Shown here in pieces: positions 36,039 to 46,057 of a stretch of 64,000 nt of DNA. Below the pieces are notes generated by a model. That model saw nothing but the letters and a program-made list of their open reading frames with translations, was not told the DNA's origin and searched no databases. This stretch comes from a virus, in the IMG/VR virus record IMGVR_UViG_3300027963_000043, positions 1 through 64,000 of that record; one strand, given 5' to 3'. The position numbers and the translations under genes were made by a program. Numbering within the stretch: position 1 is the first letter of the stretch; each line of letters starts with the position of its first letter.

Positions 36039-36413
36039 ATGGCTACTTCATATAATATAAATACTATTCAAGGTGATAATTTGCAGCTATCCTTAAGAAT
36101 AAAAGATTCTAATAATAGCCCAATAAATTTAAGTGGATATAGCGTTAGAGGGGTTGTAAAATATGCTTATGGATATGAAGATAATGATCAAGTTTTATTG
36201 AATTTGAATCCAGTTATTATTTCTGGAAATAATGGTTCATACTATCCATCTGGCATAGTAAATATAAACGTAGAATCTTATGTAACTGCAAGTATTCCAG
36301 TAGGAACTTTTGTTTATGATATAGAACGATTTCCTTATGGAATACCAACTGGTAATTCTATAAAATTAATTAGAGGAAAGTTCATTGTAAGTCCAGAAGT
36401 AACATCTATTTAA
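36039..36413 (+). CDS. Fibre adaptor (BppU/LtfC-like) protein
   Basis: IQGD...INLSGY...GTFVYDIE...LIRGKFIVSPEVT pattern common to phage fibre adaptors. Confidence 0.6.
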   Translation: MATSYNINTIQGDNLQLSLRIKDSNNSPINLSGYSVRGVVKYAYGYEDNDQVLLNLNPVIISGNNGSYYPSGIVNINVESYVTASIPVGTFVYDIERFPYGIPTGNSIKLIRGKFIVSPEVTSI

Positions 36414-36417
36414 TTTT

Positions 36418-36963
36418 ATGGCAGATGTAATTGTAGATGTAATTTTGCCAAATGCAATAACAACGGATGTAACCTCTCCGAGTTATTCTGCAAATGCTAA
36501 TGTATTTATTCCTGGACAAGATGGGCCTCAAGGTCCACAAGGTCCAGAAGGTCCACTAAATCAATTTAAAACCATTAAAGTGGATGGTCAGTCAGATTTA
36601 ATCCCAACTGGTATAGAATCATTAAAATTTATTGGTCAGACAGGTATAAATATACTAACAAATAATTCTCAAAACCCTAAATCAATAACGATAAATGCTG
36701 CGCCGCTTAGTGGATACTTTGAAGCAGAGAATGTAGTTGGTTATAAAGCAAATCTAACCGCTGGATCTGATAATTATTATATACAATATCCAACAGTATT
36801 AAATACTGCCCCAAGATCAGTAGTTTGCGCTTTTCAAAATACAGTAGATGATATGGCTTATTATTTCTCAATTGGTTCAATAACTAACGCTGGGTTCTAT
36901 ATAAACTTTAGTGATAATTTATTAAATAATGGGTATTTTTTAAATATTCAAGTTAAAAAGTAA
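36418..36963 (+). CDS. Fibre protein with short collagen-like segment
   Basis: GQDGPQGPQGPEGP; C-terminal YYIQYP...FSDNLL domain shared with 37001. Confidence 0.65.
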   Translation: MADVIVDVILPNAITTDVTSPSYSANANVFIPGQDGPQGPQGPEGPLNQFKTIKVDGQSDLIPTGIESLKFIGQTGINILTNNSQNPKSITINAAPLSGYFEAENVVGYKANLTAGSDNYYIQYPTVLNTAPRSVVCAFQNTVDDMAYYFSIGSITNAGFYINFSDNLLNNGYFLNIQVKK

Positions 36964-37000
36964 ATATTGTGTGTAATAATATAAAAGGAAATAAAAATTT

Positions 37001-37822
37001 ATGATTAGCGCTTTCAAACATATTAGACTAAGTGGATATAATTTAACTCCAATTCAAAGTGCAGCTTGGGATAATAGTTCAACACTAAGACTTGGATTCG
37101 GAAATAGTGGTTTAGCTTATTACAGTGAACTTACTGGAATTAGTGGTTACTTAAAGGGTCTAATTACTGAAGCTAATGCCGATGTAAATAATTTAAATAA
37201 TTTACAAGGAAATCTTTATATAACAGGTGGAGATGGAGTTACTATCCAAGTAGATGCTGGACTTGGTGAAATTAAAGTAGTAGGTAATAGTGGATATTTT
37301 CAAGCTCTATCAAATCAAGTTTCTAGCAATTTAGCGCTAACTGGTAGTAATTTATATACTTTATTTAGTACTTTTAGTAGTTCAAGTACTGCGGATGTAT
37401 CAGCAATTAGCGGACAAATTGTAAACACTGGCGCTACTTTAAATAATAAAATTGATTTACTAAGTGGTTATGTTAATTCTCAAGATACAATTATTTCTAC
37501 AAATCTATTTAATACTGGTAGTACTTTAGATACTAAAATAAATAACTATAGCGGTTGGGCAAGTGGAACATATGTTGCAAAATCTAGCCAACAAGTATTT
37601 ACAACACCATTAGCTGTTGGTTTGGATGAATATCAAATTAGTTACCCAGTAGCTTTTGGCGGAGCAACTCCACCAAAAATTTTAGCAACTCTTGAAGTTC
37701 CTGGAAATGTAATGTATAGTTTATCAACAAGATCAATCAGTCAAGTTGGATATACGGGCGTACTTTCTGATAATATTTTAGAAGCTGGCGCAAAAATCCA
37801 TACTTTCGCTTCTACACAATAA
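37001..37822 (+). CDS. Fibre-like protein
   Basis: TGSTLDTKINNYSG coiled motif shared with 37930; C-terminal YQISYP...LSDNIL domain. Confidence 0.65.
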   Translation: MISAFKHIRLSGYNLTPIQSAAWDNSSTLRLGFGNSGLAYYSELTGISGYLKGLITEANADVNNLNNLQGNLYITGGDGVTIQVDAGLGEIKVVGNSGYFQALSNQVSSNLALTGSNLYTLFSTFSSSSTADVSAISGQIVNTGATLNNKIDLLSGYVNSQDTIISTNLFNTGSTLDTKINNYSGWASGTYVAKSSQQVFTTPLAVGLDEYQISYPVAFGGATPPKILATLEVPGNVMYSLSTRSISQVGYTGVLSDNILEAGAKIHTFASTQ

Positions 37823-37826
37823 CTTA

Positions 37827-37929
37827 TCTAGTGTAATATTCACTAGAATAATAGAATTAATAATTCTTTTACTCTTTAGTCTGCCATAAAAAGCAGCAAT
37901 TTAGCGAAAGCTAATAAAAGGAATAAAAA
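37827..37929 (+). promoter_or_regulatory. GTGTAA motif embedded in an inverted repeat, followed by a structured ~93-nt leader
   Basis: TCTAGTG-TAATATT-CACTAGA (37827-37847), AGAATTA-A-TAATTCT (37853-37867), CTGC-N8-GCAG (37881-37896), TTAGC-GAAA-GCTAA (37901-37914), then SD AAAGGA and a GTG start. Confidence 0.6.
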
Positions 37930-40551
37930 GTGGCAAATATATTTAAAGCGAAAACTCTTGTGGGTCGCACGGGAATATTTTCTCACGAAGTAATTGCTCC
38001 AAATCTTGTTTATAATACTGGTTATCAAAATATAGATGGATTAAAAGATTTTACAATAAAACCTACTGTTGGTACAATTCCAGTTTTATTAAGTGGAGAT
38101 ATTCCATATGTTCAAACCAATTCATATTTCTATGTTGATGCCACTAGAAAAGATTCATATATTGAAAATGGAAATATTTTATATCCATATAAAACTTTAA
38201 GTAGCGCTTACAATGCAGCAAAAAATATTGCATATTTTCACAATCCAACTTATATAACGCTTCTTAGCCCAATAGCTGAAAATTTAACTATAAATAAAGG
38301 ATATATTAATTTAGTAGGAAATAATACAAATAAAAATGATCCAATTAGAATAACTGGCTCACTTGTTTTTGCAGCCACAGGTGGAACCGCAACAGATAAT
38401 AATTTTTCAATAGCTGGGTTAGGAATAACGGCCACTTCAAATAATAAATGTATATTATTTTCTGGAAATAACCCTCAAAGATTGTTTATTCAAGATTGTT
38501 GGTTGATAGCAAAAGATAATGGAACTTGTTTATATTCAAATAATACAAATACAACTTCAAGATTGCAAGGAGATATATTAAAACTTAGTCCAGAAGGAGT
38601 AAATACAACAGCAATTGATATAGTAAGTGGAACATCTTCGATTTCTTTTGCTGAGACTAGTAGTTCTGCAAGTGTTTTAGCTTACGTTAGAAATAATAGT
38701 ACTTTAAATATAAGTAACTCTCAAATAGAAACAACTGGAGAAAAAGCTTTTCAAGTTGAAAACGCTGCTAGATTAACTTTATTAAATAGTGTGCTAACAA
38801 ATACAGCGAATCCTTCGACTGGAATATTTTTAAAAGATGCACTTTCTACGGCAGTAGTAGTTGGTTCAGCAATTTCTGTTCCAGCAAACGCTAATAGTTA
38901 TGCTATAAATGGAGTAGATTATTCTTATCTTTTTTATAAAAATCTTTATTTTAGTATAGATGCTGCTGGCCAAAGCACAGAATCAAAAATTGGAAATAAT
39001 GTTAATAAAAATTTAATTAATTCATATGATCCAGTAGTTTATAGTATAGGTGATCAAACTATCTCTGGAGTTAAAACTTTTGATGTATTTCCAATTGTTA
39101 GCGGAAATAAATTAATAACAGGATTAGATCTTAGTTCTTATCTTACTTCTTCTAGCGCCAGTTCTACTTATTCTACCATAACAAACCTTGCTTCAACTGG
39201 CTCAACTCTTGATACGAAAATTAACAATGTTAGCGGATATTTTACTGGAACGAACGCAACATTTACTACGAATCTTTTTTCGACTGGCTCAACTCTTGAT
39301 ACGAAAATTAACAATGTTAGCGGATATTTTACTGGAACGAACGCAACATTTACTACGAATCTTTTTTCGACTGGATCGACTCTTGATACGAAAATTAACA
39401 ATGTTAGCGGATATTTTACTGGAACGAACGCAACATTTACTACGAATCTTTTTTCGACTGGATCGACTCTTGATACTAAAATAAATAATCTAAGTGGTTA
39501 TGTAAATTCTTATGATAGCAATATTGTTTTTACTACTGGAAATCAAACAATAGCTGGCACTAAACAATTTTCAGGGCTTTATATTAGTGGAGTAGGACTA
39601 ACTCCAGGAATTTATGTTAATACAAAAGACAATCAAATTATTACTGGAGCTAAAACATTTGTTACTTCTGGAATATTTTCTCTTTCTGGTGCAAATCCTT
39701 TGGTATTACCAAATAATCCTCTTTCAATAGTTGGAAGTGGAAATACCTATCTTCAACTTAATATTCAAAATAGAGCCACTGGTAATACATCGACTGCAGA
39801 TTTAGTTATTACAGCCAATAACGGAACAGATAGTAGCAACTTTATTAATCTTGGTATAAATAATTCTGGATACAGCGATCCAGCATTTACTAATGGTGGA
39901 TCATATGATGGTTATCTATTTGTTAATGGTGGAAGTTTAGATATTGGAACTCAAACAGCGAATACACACATAGAGTTTCATCTTGGAGGCACAACCATTG
40001 ATAAAACTGTAGCAAGATTCAGTAATTCTGGATTAAATATTATAACTGGAAATTTAGTTGTTAATAATAGCGGAATATTTGGAGGCGTAAATATAAATGA
40101 CGCGGATGCAATGGATATATCTGGTGTAGCTATAACTTTAATAAATAGCACAGTTACTTCAAACTATCCAATTTCTGGTTCATCAATATTAGGTCAAAGT
40201 GGAGTATTCTTATCTGGAATAGATTTAAAAAATTCTAAATTAATTAATGCTACTCCAGATCTTTTAAATGTTTCAGCAAACTTTAATATAACAGGAACTC
40301 AAAATAGTAGAGTAATCCTTGCTAATTCACCAACTATAATAACTGGATCAATTGTTAGTGGCAATCCAATTGGATTTAATACTTCAATAATTCAAACTAG
40401 TTCTGGACAAGTTTTAATTACTGGTATTGGATCTAATGTTATCGTTAGTAGTTATAATAATCAATTTAGAACAGCAGCACAATACGCAACAATTTCAATT
40501 CTTCATACAGGAAACGATGGATACATAATGTATGGAAATACTAGCACATGA
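37930..40551 (+). CDS. Long fibre protein with beta-helix domain and tandem repeats
   Basis: GTG start; four Q.I.G.K.F fibre motifs; three 29-aa tandem repeats. Confidence 0.75.
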   Translation: MANIFKAKTLVGRTGIFSHEVIAPNLVYNTGYQNIDGLKDFTIKPTVGTIPVLLSGDIPYVQTNSYFYVDATRKDSYIENGNILYPYKTLSSAYNAAKNIAYFHNPTYITLLSPIAENLTINKGYINLVGNNTNKNDPIRITGSLVFAATGGTATDNNFSIAGLGITATSNNKCILFSGNNPQRLFIQDCWLIAKDNGTCLYSNNTNTTSRLQGDILKLSPEGVNTTAIDIVSGTSSISFAETSSSASVLAYVRNNSTLNISNSQIETTGEKAFQVENAARLTLLNSVLTNTANPSTGIFLKDALSTAVVVGSAISVPANANSYAINGVDYSYLFYKNLYFSIDAAGQSTESKIGNNVNKNLINSYDPVVYSIGDQTISGVKTFDVFPIVSGNKLITGLDLSSYLTSSSASSTYSTITNLASTGSTLDTKINNVSGYFTGTNATFTTNLFSTGSTLDTKINNVSGYFTGTNATFTTNLFSTGSTLDTKINNVSGYFTGTNATFTTNLFSTGSTLDTKINNLSGYVNSYDSNIVFTTGNQTIAGTKQFSGLYISGVGLTPGIYVNTKDNQIITGAKTFVTSGIFSLSGANPLVLPNNPLSIVGSGNTYLQLNIQNRATGNTSTADLVITANNGTDSSNFINLGINNSGYSDPAFTNGGSYDGYLFVNGGSLDIGTQTANTHIEFHLGGTTIDKTVARFSNSGLNIITGNLVVNNSGIFGGVNINDADAMDISGVAITLINSTVTSNYPISGSSILGQSGVFLSGIDLKNSKLINATPDLLNVSANFNITGTQNSRVILANSPTIITGSIVSGNPIGFNTSIIQTSSGQVLITGIGSNVIVSSYNNQFRTAAQYATISILHTGNDGYIMYGNTST
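39196..39500 (+). repeat. 87-bp tandem repeat x3 plus a partial fourth, in frame
   Basis: Units start at 39196, 39283, 39370 and 39457, encoding TGSTLDTKINNVSGYFTGTNATFTTNLFS. Nearly identical at DNA level. Confidence 0.95.
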
Positions 40552-41450
40552 TAGTCTTGCCATCAACTTCTGCTGGTTTTATAAGTAGCAATAAAGCTTT
40601 TCCTTATCTTCCTAGATCTATAAGAGATAATAATTCTTTATATCCTACTAATCAATTTATAGTTTTACCTACTGAAGGTGGAGTAGCTAAATGGACAGAA
40701 ACTCCTCCAAATGGTTGGAGTCAATATTCACCATATTATAATGTATTTTTAAAATTTTATTTAAAATCAGATGAGAGTGCTGAAAGTATACCAGCTGGAG
40801 GAGGAAATATTCATTGTTTAAAAGCTGCAGGAATTGGCTCACGATTAGGCCTTGGAAGAGAAAGAAATATTACAAAAAATCCTATAGGCACAACAAATCT
40901 CGCTAATGATTGGAGTTTGTATAATATAGTAGCTAGTTCTGTTTCGATTACTACTCAAACTTATGTTGATTTTGGATGTTTTTATAGAGTAACTAGTAAT
41001 GACCCAATGAGATCATTAAATTTTGGAGCAATTGCTATAAATTTTTCAAGATCTACACCTGTTCTTTCTAATAGCTATTTAAATTACTCAATAATACATG
41101 GTGGTGGAGTTAATCTTCTTGGAAATAATTCTACTTATACATATTTTAATACATATGATGTAGCTAAAACTTATGAAGCATATAATCAATGGATTGGGTC
41201 AGCATTTATTAAGTTTAAAAAACTTGACGAAATAAACCAAAGTTCAGTATTTAATCAATGGCAATTTTTAAGTTATAGAGTTATAATTCCAACATTTGTA
41301 GATACTCCACAAGACGATGGAGCTACTGGTAAAGCACAGACCTGTACCCTTAGACTATGCTTTTGTGAAAATAATAGTTATCTTGATGATGGTTCTGGTT
41401 TAAATACTGGGTCTATTCAATTTTTATATCCATTTTTAAGTTTGAGCTAA
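40548..41450 (+). CDS. Hypothetical, likely fibre-associated beta-sandwich protein
   Basis: ATGA coupling to the long fibre; aromatic/beta-rich. Confidence 0.65.
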   Translation: MIVLPSTSAGFISSNKAFPYLPRSIRDNNSLYPTNQFIVLPTEGGVAKWTETPPNGWSQYSPYYNVFLKFYLKSDESAESIPAGGGNIHCLKAAGIGSRLGLGRERNITKNPIGTTNLANDWSLYNIVASSVSITTQTYVDFGCFYRVTSNDPMRSLNFGAIAINFSRSTPVLSNSYLNYSIIHGGGVNLLGNNSTYTYFNTYDVAKTYEAYNQWIGSAFIKFKKLDEINQSSVFNQWQFLSYRVIIPTFVDTPQDDGATGKAQTCTLRLCFCENNSYLDDGSGLNTGSIQFLYPFLSLS

Positions 41451-41535
41451 AAAATCATTATTATATAGTGTGATATCTATTATATGACCAATAAAATTGT
41501 AGATATTAGCATAATACTACAATATAATAAATAAA

Positions 41536-42402
41536 TTGAAAACAGTAATTTTCTTCCTTCAAGGTGGTATAGGCAAGCATATAGCAGCTACAGCTGTAGC
41601 TGAAAATATAAGTAAAAATTATCCAGATAGAAAATTAATAGTAATTTGCCCATATCCAGAAGTATTTTTAAATAATCCATTTGTATACAGGGTTTATAGA
41701 TCAACAGCAGTTCAATACTTTTATGAAGATTTTATTAAAAATAAAGATACTATATTTTTAGGAAATGAAGTTTATCAAGCTAATGAATATATTGTTGAGA
41801 ATAAACATTTAATTGAGGCTTGGTGCAATATGTTTAATCTAAAATATACCAATGAAAATCCTAGATTATTTTTAAATGATGCAGAAGTAATTGATGCTGC
41901 TAGAAAATATAATAGAAATAGACCCATTTTAGTTATGCAAACAAATGGTGGAGCAGAAGGATCTGGATATAGTTGGTCAAGAGATCTTCCTCCATTTTTA
42001 GTTCAAGATATAATTAATAGTTTAAAAGATAATTATCATATTTATCATATATCTAGACCAGATCAGCAAAACTATGAAAATGTTGAAAAAATTAATGGAA
42101 ATTGGCGTGAAGTTTTTGCTCTTTTAATGTTAAGTCAAAAAAGACTATTTATGGATTCATTTGCTCAACATGCTTGCGCAGCTTTAATGCTTCCTTCTGT
42201 TGTATGTTGGATAGCAACATGTCCAGATAAATTAGGATATAATATACATAAAAATATAAAAGCAAAAGATAGCGCTAATATGTTTGTTCACAATATAGAT
42301 GGAATTGTACTAGAAAAAGAATTTATTGGATTAGCTCACCAATGTAATTACAAGCTAGATAAAGCCTTTGATAAAGAAGAAATCGTGTCATATTTACTTT
42401 AA
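41536..42402 (+). CDS. Glycosyltransferase family 9-like (heptosyltransferase-like, GT-B)
   Basis: GGIGKHIAATAV..NISKNYPD..L.V...YPEVFLNNP.V and FMDSFAQHACAAL.LPSVV patterns. TTG start. Confidence 0.7.
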   Translation: MKTVIFFLQGGIGKHIAATAVAENISKNYPDRKLIVICPYPEVFLNNPFVYRVYRSTAVQYFYEDFIKNKDTIFLGNEVYQANEYIVENKHLIEAWCNMFNLKYTNENPRLFLNDAEVIDAARKYNRNRPILVMQTNGGAEGSGYSWSRDLPPFLVQDIINSLKDNYHIYHISRPDQQNYENVEKINGNWREVFALLMLSQKRLFMDSFAQHACAALMLPSVVCWIATCPDKLGYNIHKNIKAKDSANMFVHNIDGIVLEKEFIGLAHQCNYKLDKAFDKEEIVSYLL

Positions 42403-42433
42403 AATTTAAATAATTTAAAGTGTAATTTAAGGT

Positions 42434-42940
42434 ATGATAATAAATACCGTAACCTCTATTGCCCAAGAGATTTATGAGGAAATGGGCGAACCAGATGATT
42501 TTAGTATAGCAGCTATAGCTGCATGGGTAAGGAGAAATATTGGTGGTTTAAATAATTCATTAAATGCTTCTTTTTCTATAGATAGTCAGACTTTAGAGAT
42601 TACCCCAAATCTCACAGATGCTGAAAAATATATATTCAAAAAAATGTATTCTATTTATTTTTTTGATATTAAAATTAAAAGCACAGGTAGTTTAGCTATT
42701 AATGATTATGTTTCTATTAAAGATGATATTGGTAGCGTACAAAAATTAAATAAAAACGAAGTACTTAAAAGTTTTTATAATATTAGGCAACAAGAATACA
42801 AAGAACTTAAAGATTCAATATATAAATATAGTCTCAACGCAAGTTCTCCTTTGCAAGTCGCAGGAGATGATACATTTCCAGGCTCATATAGATCAGAAAG
42901 AGATGCGCTATATTATATTAGATCAATATATAACGCTTAA
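42434..42940 (+). CDS. Putative head-tail adaptor
   Basis: Helical 168-aa ORF opening the neck cluster, 8 nt after GTGTAA. Positional call. Confidence 0.45.
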   Translation: MIINTVTSIAQEIYEEMGEPDDFSIAAIAAWVRRNIGGLNNSLNASFSIDSQTLEITPNLTDAEKYIFKKMYSIYFFDIKIKSTGSLAINDYVSIKDDIGSVQKLNKNEVLKSFYNIRQQEYKELKDSIYKYSLNASSPLQVAGDDTFPGSYRSERDALYYIRSIYNA

Positions 42941-42945
42941 TAATC

Positions 42946-43386
42946 ATGAGCTTTATAAGTTCAACAGCAGCGGCAAGTTTTTCTAAAGATTATGATGATT
43001 TCTTTACATATTTTTGTAGACCATTTACTGTACATAAAGAACCAATTAAAATAGTAGAGCAAATGCAAAGTGCGCCATTATATGGTTATGGTTCAAGTTC
43101 AGATCCAGTAAATTATACATATATACCAGTAAATGCTGTATTTAATGGCAGAATATATTATAATAATTCGAGAGATACAGATGCAGTTAATAGTGATTTA
43201 AAATTAGTATTTGCTCGTGGAGATGTTACTTTAAAAGTTAAACAAGATGCAAGAGATTATATTGCAAATGGTAAAACTATCAAACTTGAATTTGATGGAA
43301 AAACTTGGAATGTTATTACAGAAGATGTTGTTAAAAAATATCTTAATAATACATATTATGTATATGGATTGGAGCAAACGAAATAA
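42946..43386 (+). CDS. Putative head-closure protein
   Basis: Beta-rich 146 aa; KLEFDGKTWNV pattern. Positional call. Confidence 0.45.
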   Translation: MSFISSTAAASFSKDYDDFFTYFCRPFTVHKEPIKIVEQMQSAPLYGYGSSSDPVNYTYIPVNAVFNGRIYYNNSRDTDAVNSDLKLVFARGDVTLKVKQDARDYIANGKTIKLEFDGKTWNVITEDVVKKYLNNTYYVYGLEQTK

Positions 43387-43387
43387 T

Positions 43388-43978
43388 ATGGCTAGCAAGA
43401 TTGATTTTAAGCAATTAAAACAAGAAGTAGCAACTTCTTATGAAGAAACTTTAAAAAAAGAAGCAGTTCTATTTGCTCAAGAAATTTTGAAAGAAAATTT
43501 AGATCAATATATAAATGATATAAAAGATCATCCAGTATCCAAAGAATTAGATAGTGGGCCAGATGGAGAAAATATAAGTTCTACTTTAGATGGAAAAGAA
43601 AATCTTTTTGCATTTATTGGATTTGATAGCGAAGATAAACCAATTGATGATCTTACTAATTTAATAAAAGATAATACATTTTTAGATAAAAAATCAACTT
43701 TTGATAGAAAAACTTTTGAATTAAAATTTAATGTATTTACTCCTTCTTTAGATGAAATCAAGAGCTCTACACCATTACCTTTCGAAAGAGGAAGAAGTTG
43801 GGTTAAGGGAGTAGAAGATGGTATTTCTGGATTTGGTTATTATGTTTACGGGTTAGTTTTCCCAACTAGTAGATCTGGCAGAGGAATTCAATCTAAAAAT
43901 AAAGTTAGAGTTGCTGCTTATAGACCAGTAAAATATATGACAGAGCTTTATGGTAAATTTATAAAAAACTTAAAATAA
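43388..43978 (+). CDS. Neck-region hypothetical protein
   Basis: Start re-called to ATG 43388 (MASKIDFK), 1 nt after the upstream stop. Confidence 0.65.
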   Translation: MASKIDFKQLKQEVATSYEETLKKEAVLFAQEILKENLDQYINDIKDHPVSKELDSGPDGENISSTLDGKENLFAFIGFDSEDKPIDDLTNLIKDNTFLDKKSTFDRKTFELKFNVFTPSLDEIKSSTPLPFERGRSWVKGVEDGISGFGYYVYGLVFPTSRSGRGIQSKNKVRVAAYRPVKYMTELYGKFIKNLK

Positions 43979-43979
43979 A

Positions 43980-44849
43980 ATGACGCCACAATTCGATAAT
44001 ATTTTAATGACAAGTATGTTACTTTGGTTAGATAATAAAATCTTAACTAAAGGACAAGCTTATACTAATTTTAAAAGCATGTTCTATCCTCTTCCAAATA
44101 TGTATTATGGATACTATACATATGGAGCGCCATTTAAACAAATGGTTATTGATTGTTCTATTTCTGGTGCAAATATTATAAGTGGAGTTTATATTAATGG
44201 AATATTTACGGTTCCTGGAGAAAATAATCTGACAGGAATAGATTCATCAAATGGTCAATTATATTTTACATCTCCAGTTTCAAATGCTACAACAGCATTA
44301 AGTGGAAATTATGCTGTTAAAGATTTTAATATATATTTAACCAGCAAAACAGAAGAAAATTTATTATTTGAAACATCTTACCAGATTAATCCTAAGACTT
44401 ATCAAAATCCAACTGGATTGCCACTTGGAGCAGAAACATATCCTGTTATATATTTAAAATATCAAGGTGGTAAAAATAAGCCATTGGCTTTTGGGGGTTA
44501 TGATCAAACTATTGGTAATGTAAGGGCTATTATATTAGCAGACAGCGTATATAATTTAGATGCTGTAACTAGTATTTGTAGAGATACCGCTAGACAATTA
44601 ATACCATTAATATATCCCGAGGAAATGCCATTTAATTCTTTAAATTCAGTTAAATCTACTGATCATTGTTTTGATTATATAGAATATACAAAAGATAAAT
44701 CTAATACTGATGATTATTTATATATTAATGAAGTTAATGTTACTAAAACTGACACAAGACTACTTACAGCTACTAATAGCTTAAATAGAAATGTGTATTC
44801 TGCTTTTGTTGATTTTGAAGTAGTAAAAAATAGATATCCAAGACAATAA
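43980..44849 (+). CDS. Putative tail completion/terminator protein
   Basis: Directly upstream of the tail tube; YPVIYL pattern. Positional call. Confidence 0.45.
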   Translation: MTPQFDNILMTSMLLWLDNKILTKGQAYTNFKSMFYPLPNMYYGYYTYGAPFKQMVIDCSISGANIISGVYINGIFTVPGENNLTGIDSSNGQLYFTSPVSNATTALSGNYAVKDFNIYLTSKTEENLLFETSYQINPKTYQNPTGLPLGAETYPVIYLKYQGGKNKPLAFGGYDQTIGNVRAIILADSVYNLDAVTSICRDTARQLIPLIYPEEMPFNSLNSVKSTDHCFDYIEYTKDKSNTDDYLYINEVNVTKTDTRLLTATNSLNRNVYSAFVDFEVVKNRYPRQ

Positions 44850-44905
44850 AAAAGTAGAAAAAATAAAAAAATCGGTGTAATAACAATAAATGGAGAATAA
44901 CTAAT

Positions 44906-46057
44906 ATGCCAAGAAATCGTATAATTTATCAATCAGAAGCAGTTTATGCTGGACCCTCACCAGCAACTGGATTTCATTTTGGAACATTCACGCCTGGAAT
45001 CGGTGGAAATTCAAATGATATCTATAATGCAAGTAACCTAGTAAACCAGCTACAAAGAGTTCAAACTGCTAATTACAGTTTTAATGTTGCTCGCACAGAC
45101 GTTAATCAATTTGGACAATTAGCAGCTATTGATCGCGTAATTTTGACTAGTCCAACAGTTTCATTGGATTTTAGCTACATCTTAGCAGGTCTTACAAATG
45201 AAGCTGATTTAGGATTTACGGTAGTTTCTGGTAACACAGACTCTAATATTTCTGCTATTTCTGGATTTCTCAATGCTACTCAAGATGAAAGAAATTATTT
45301 TATCCGTACAGCATCAGAAGGTAATGATGCAGTAGGTTTTACAGATGTATCATCTGGAAATAACGGAGTTATTGGAATTGGTAATGCATTCATTTCATCT
45401 TATTCAACCGAAGGTTCAGTTGGTAATTTCCCAACAGCATCAATAAGTGTTGAAGGATTGAATATGAACTTCCAAAGAGGTTTAAGTGGAAATTTTGTTC
45501 CTGCAATTAATACTATTGATGGTTTACCTGTAAGGAATTTCTACACATTGCCACCAACAGTTCAAAATACTGCTATAGGTAGTGGAAATGCAATTAGTGC
45601 TCTTCGCCCAGGAGATATTACTTTAAATATTGACAGTATTACTGGTGTTGGTGGAGTAGATACAGCAACTATGAATATTCAAAGCTATAATCTCAGTTTT
45701 GATTTAGCTCGTACTCCAATTGAAAGACTAGGTAGTAAATTCGCATATATAAAACCAGTTGACTTCCCATTAACAGTAAATCTAAGTGTTGATGCTCAAG
45801 TAACTGATATGGCAACTGGTAGCCTAGCTAACTTACTTGTTGATGATAGCTATAGATTTAGTCCATCAGTAACAATTAAGAGTCCAAGCGACAGGACCTT
45901 GGTTATGGCTAAATTTGCACTCAGAGGCGCCAGATTAGTAAGTCAAGAATTTAGTTCTGATATCGGTAGCAATAAAACAGTTACCCTAACATTCGAAAGT
46001 CAAGTTGGTGGACCTCAAGACACGGCTAATGGATTGTTTATGAATGGACAGTTCTAA
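44906..46057 (+). CDS. Major tail tube protein
   Basis: After neck genes and before chaperones and tape measure. SD GGAG, own terminator, beta-rich, 383 aa. Confidence 0.7.
   Translation: MPRNRIIYQSEAVYAGPSPATGFHFGTFTPGIGGNSNDIYNASNLVNQLQRVQTANYSFNVARTDVNQFGQLAAIDRVILTSPTVSLDFSYILAGLTNEADLGFTVVSGNTDSNISAISGFLNATQDERNYFIRTASEGNDAVGFTDVSSGNNGVIGIGNAFISSYSTEGSVGNFPTASISVEGLNMNFQRGLSGNFVPAINTIDGLPVRNFYTLPPTVQNTAIGSGNAISALRPGDITLNIDSITGVGGVDTATMNIQSYNLSFDLARTPIERLGSKFAYIKPVDFPLTVNLSVDAQVTDMATGSLANLLVDDSYRFSPSVTIKSPSDRTLVMAKFALRGARLVSQEFSSDIGSNKTVTLTFESQVGGPQDTANGLFMNGQF

Noticed and set aside
37895-37925. c-di-GMP-I riboswitch (GAAA-capped stem)
   Set aside because: The conserved GGCAAAC...GACGCAAAGC context and the second stem with tetraloop receptor are absent. 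Kept only as a generic structured leader.
39168-39484. Alternative-frame repeat ORFs, and the 87-bp array as a CRISPR or DGR template
   Set aside because: Units are contiguous with no unique spacers and are in frame in the fibre gene. Differences are few and not adenine-specific. No reverse transcriptase or cas gene is in the window.
41484-41534. 16-codon ORF (MTNKIVDISIILQYNK) after a GTGTGA variant motif
   Set aside because: The motif is imperfect, the peptide is featureless, and the region also reads as the promoter area of the GT9-like gene. Support is insufficient.
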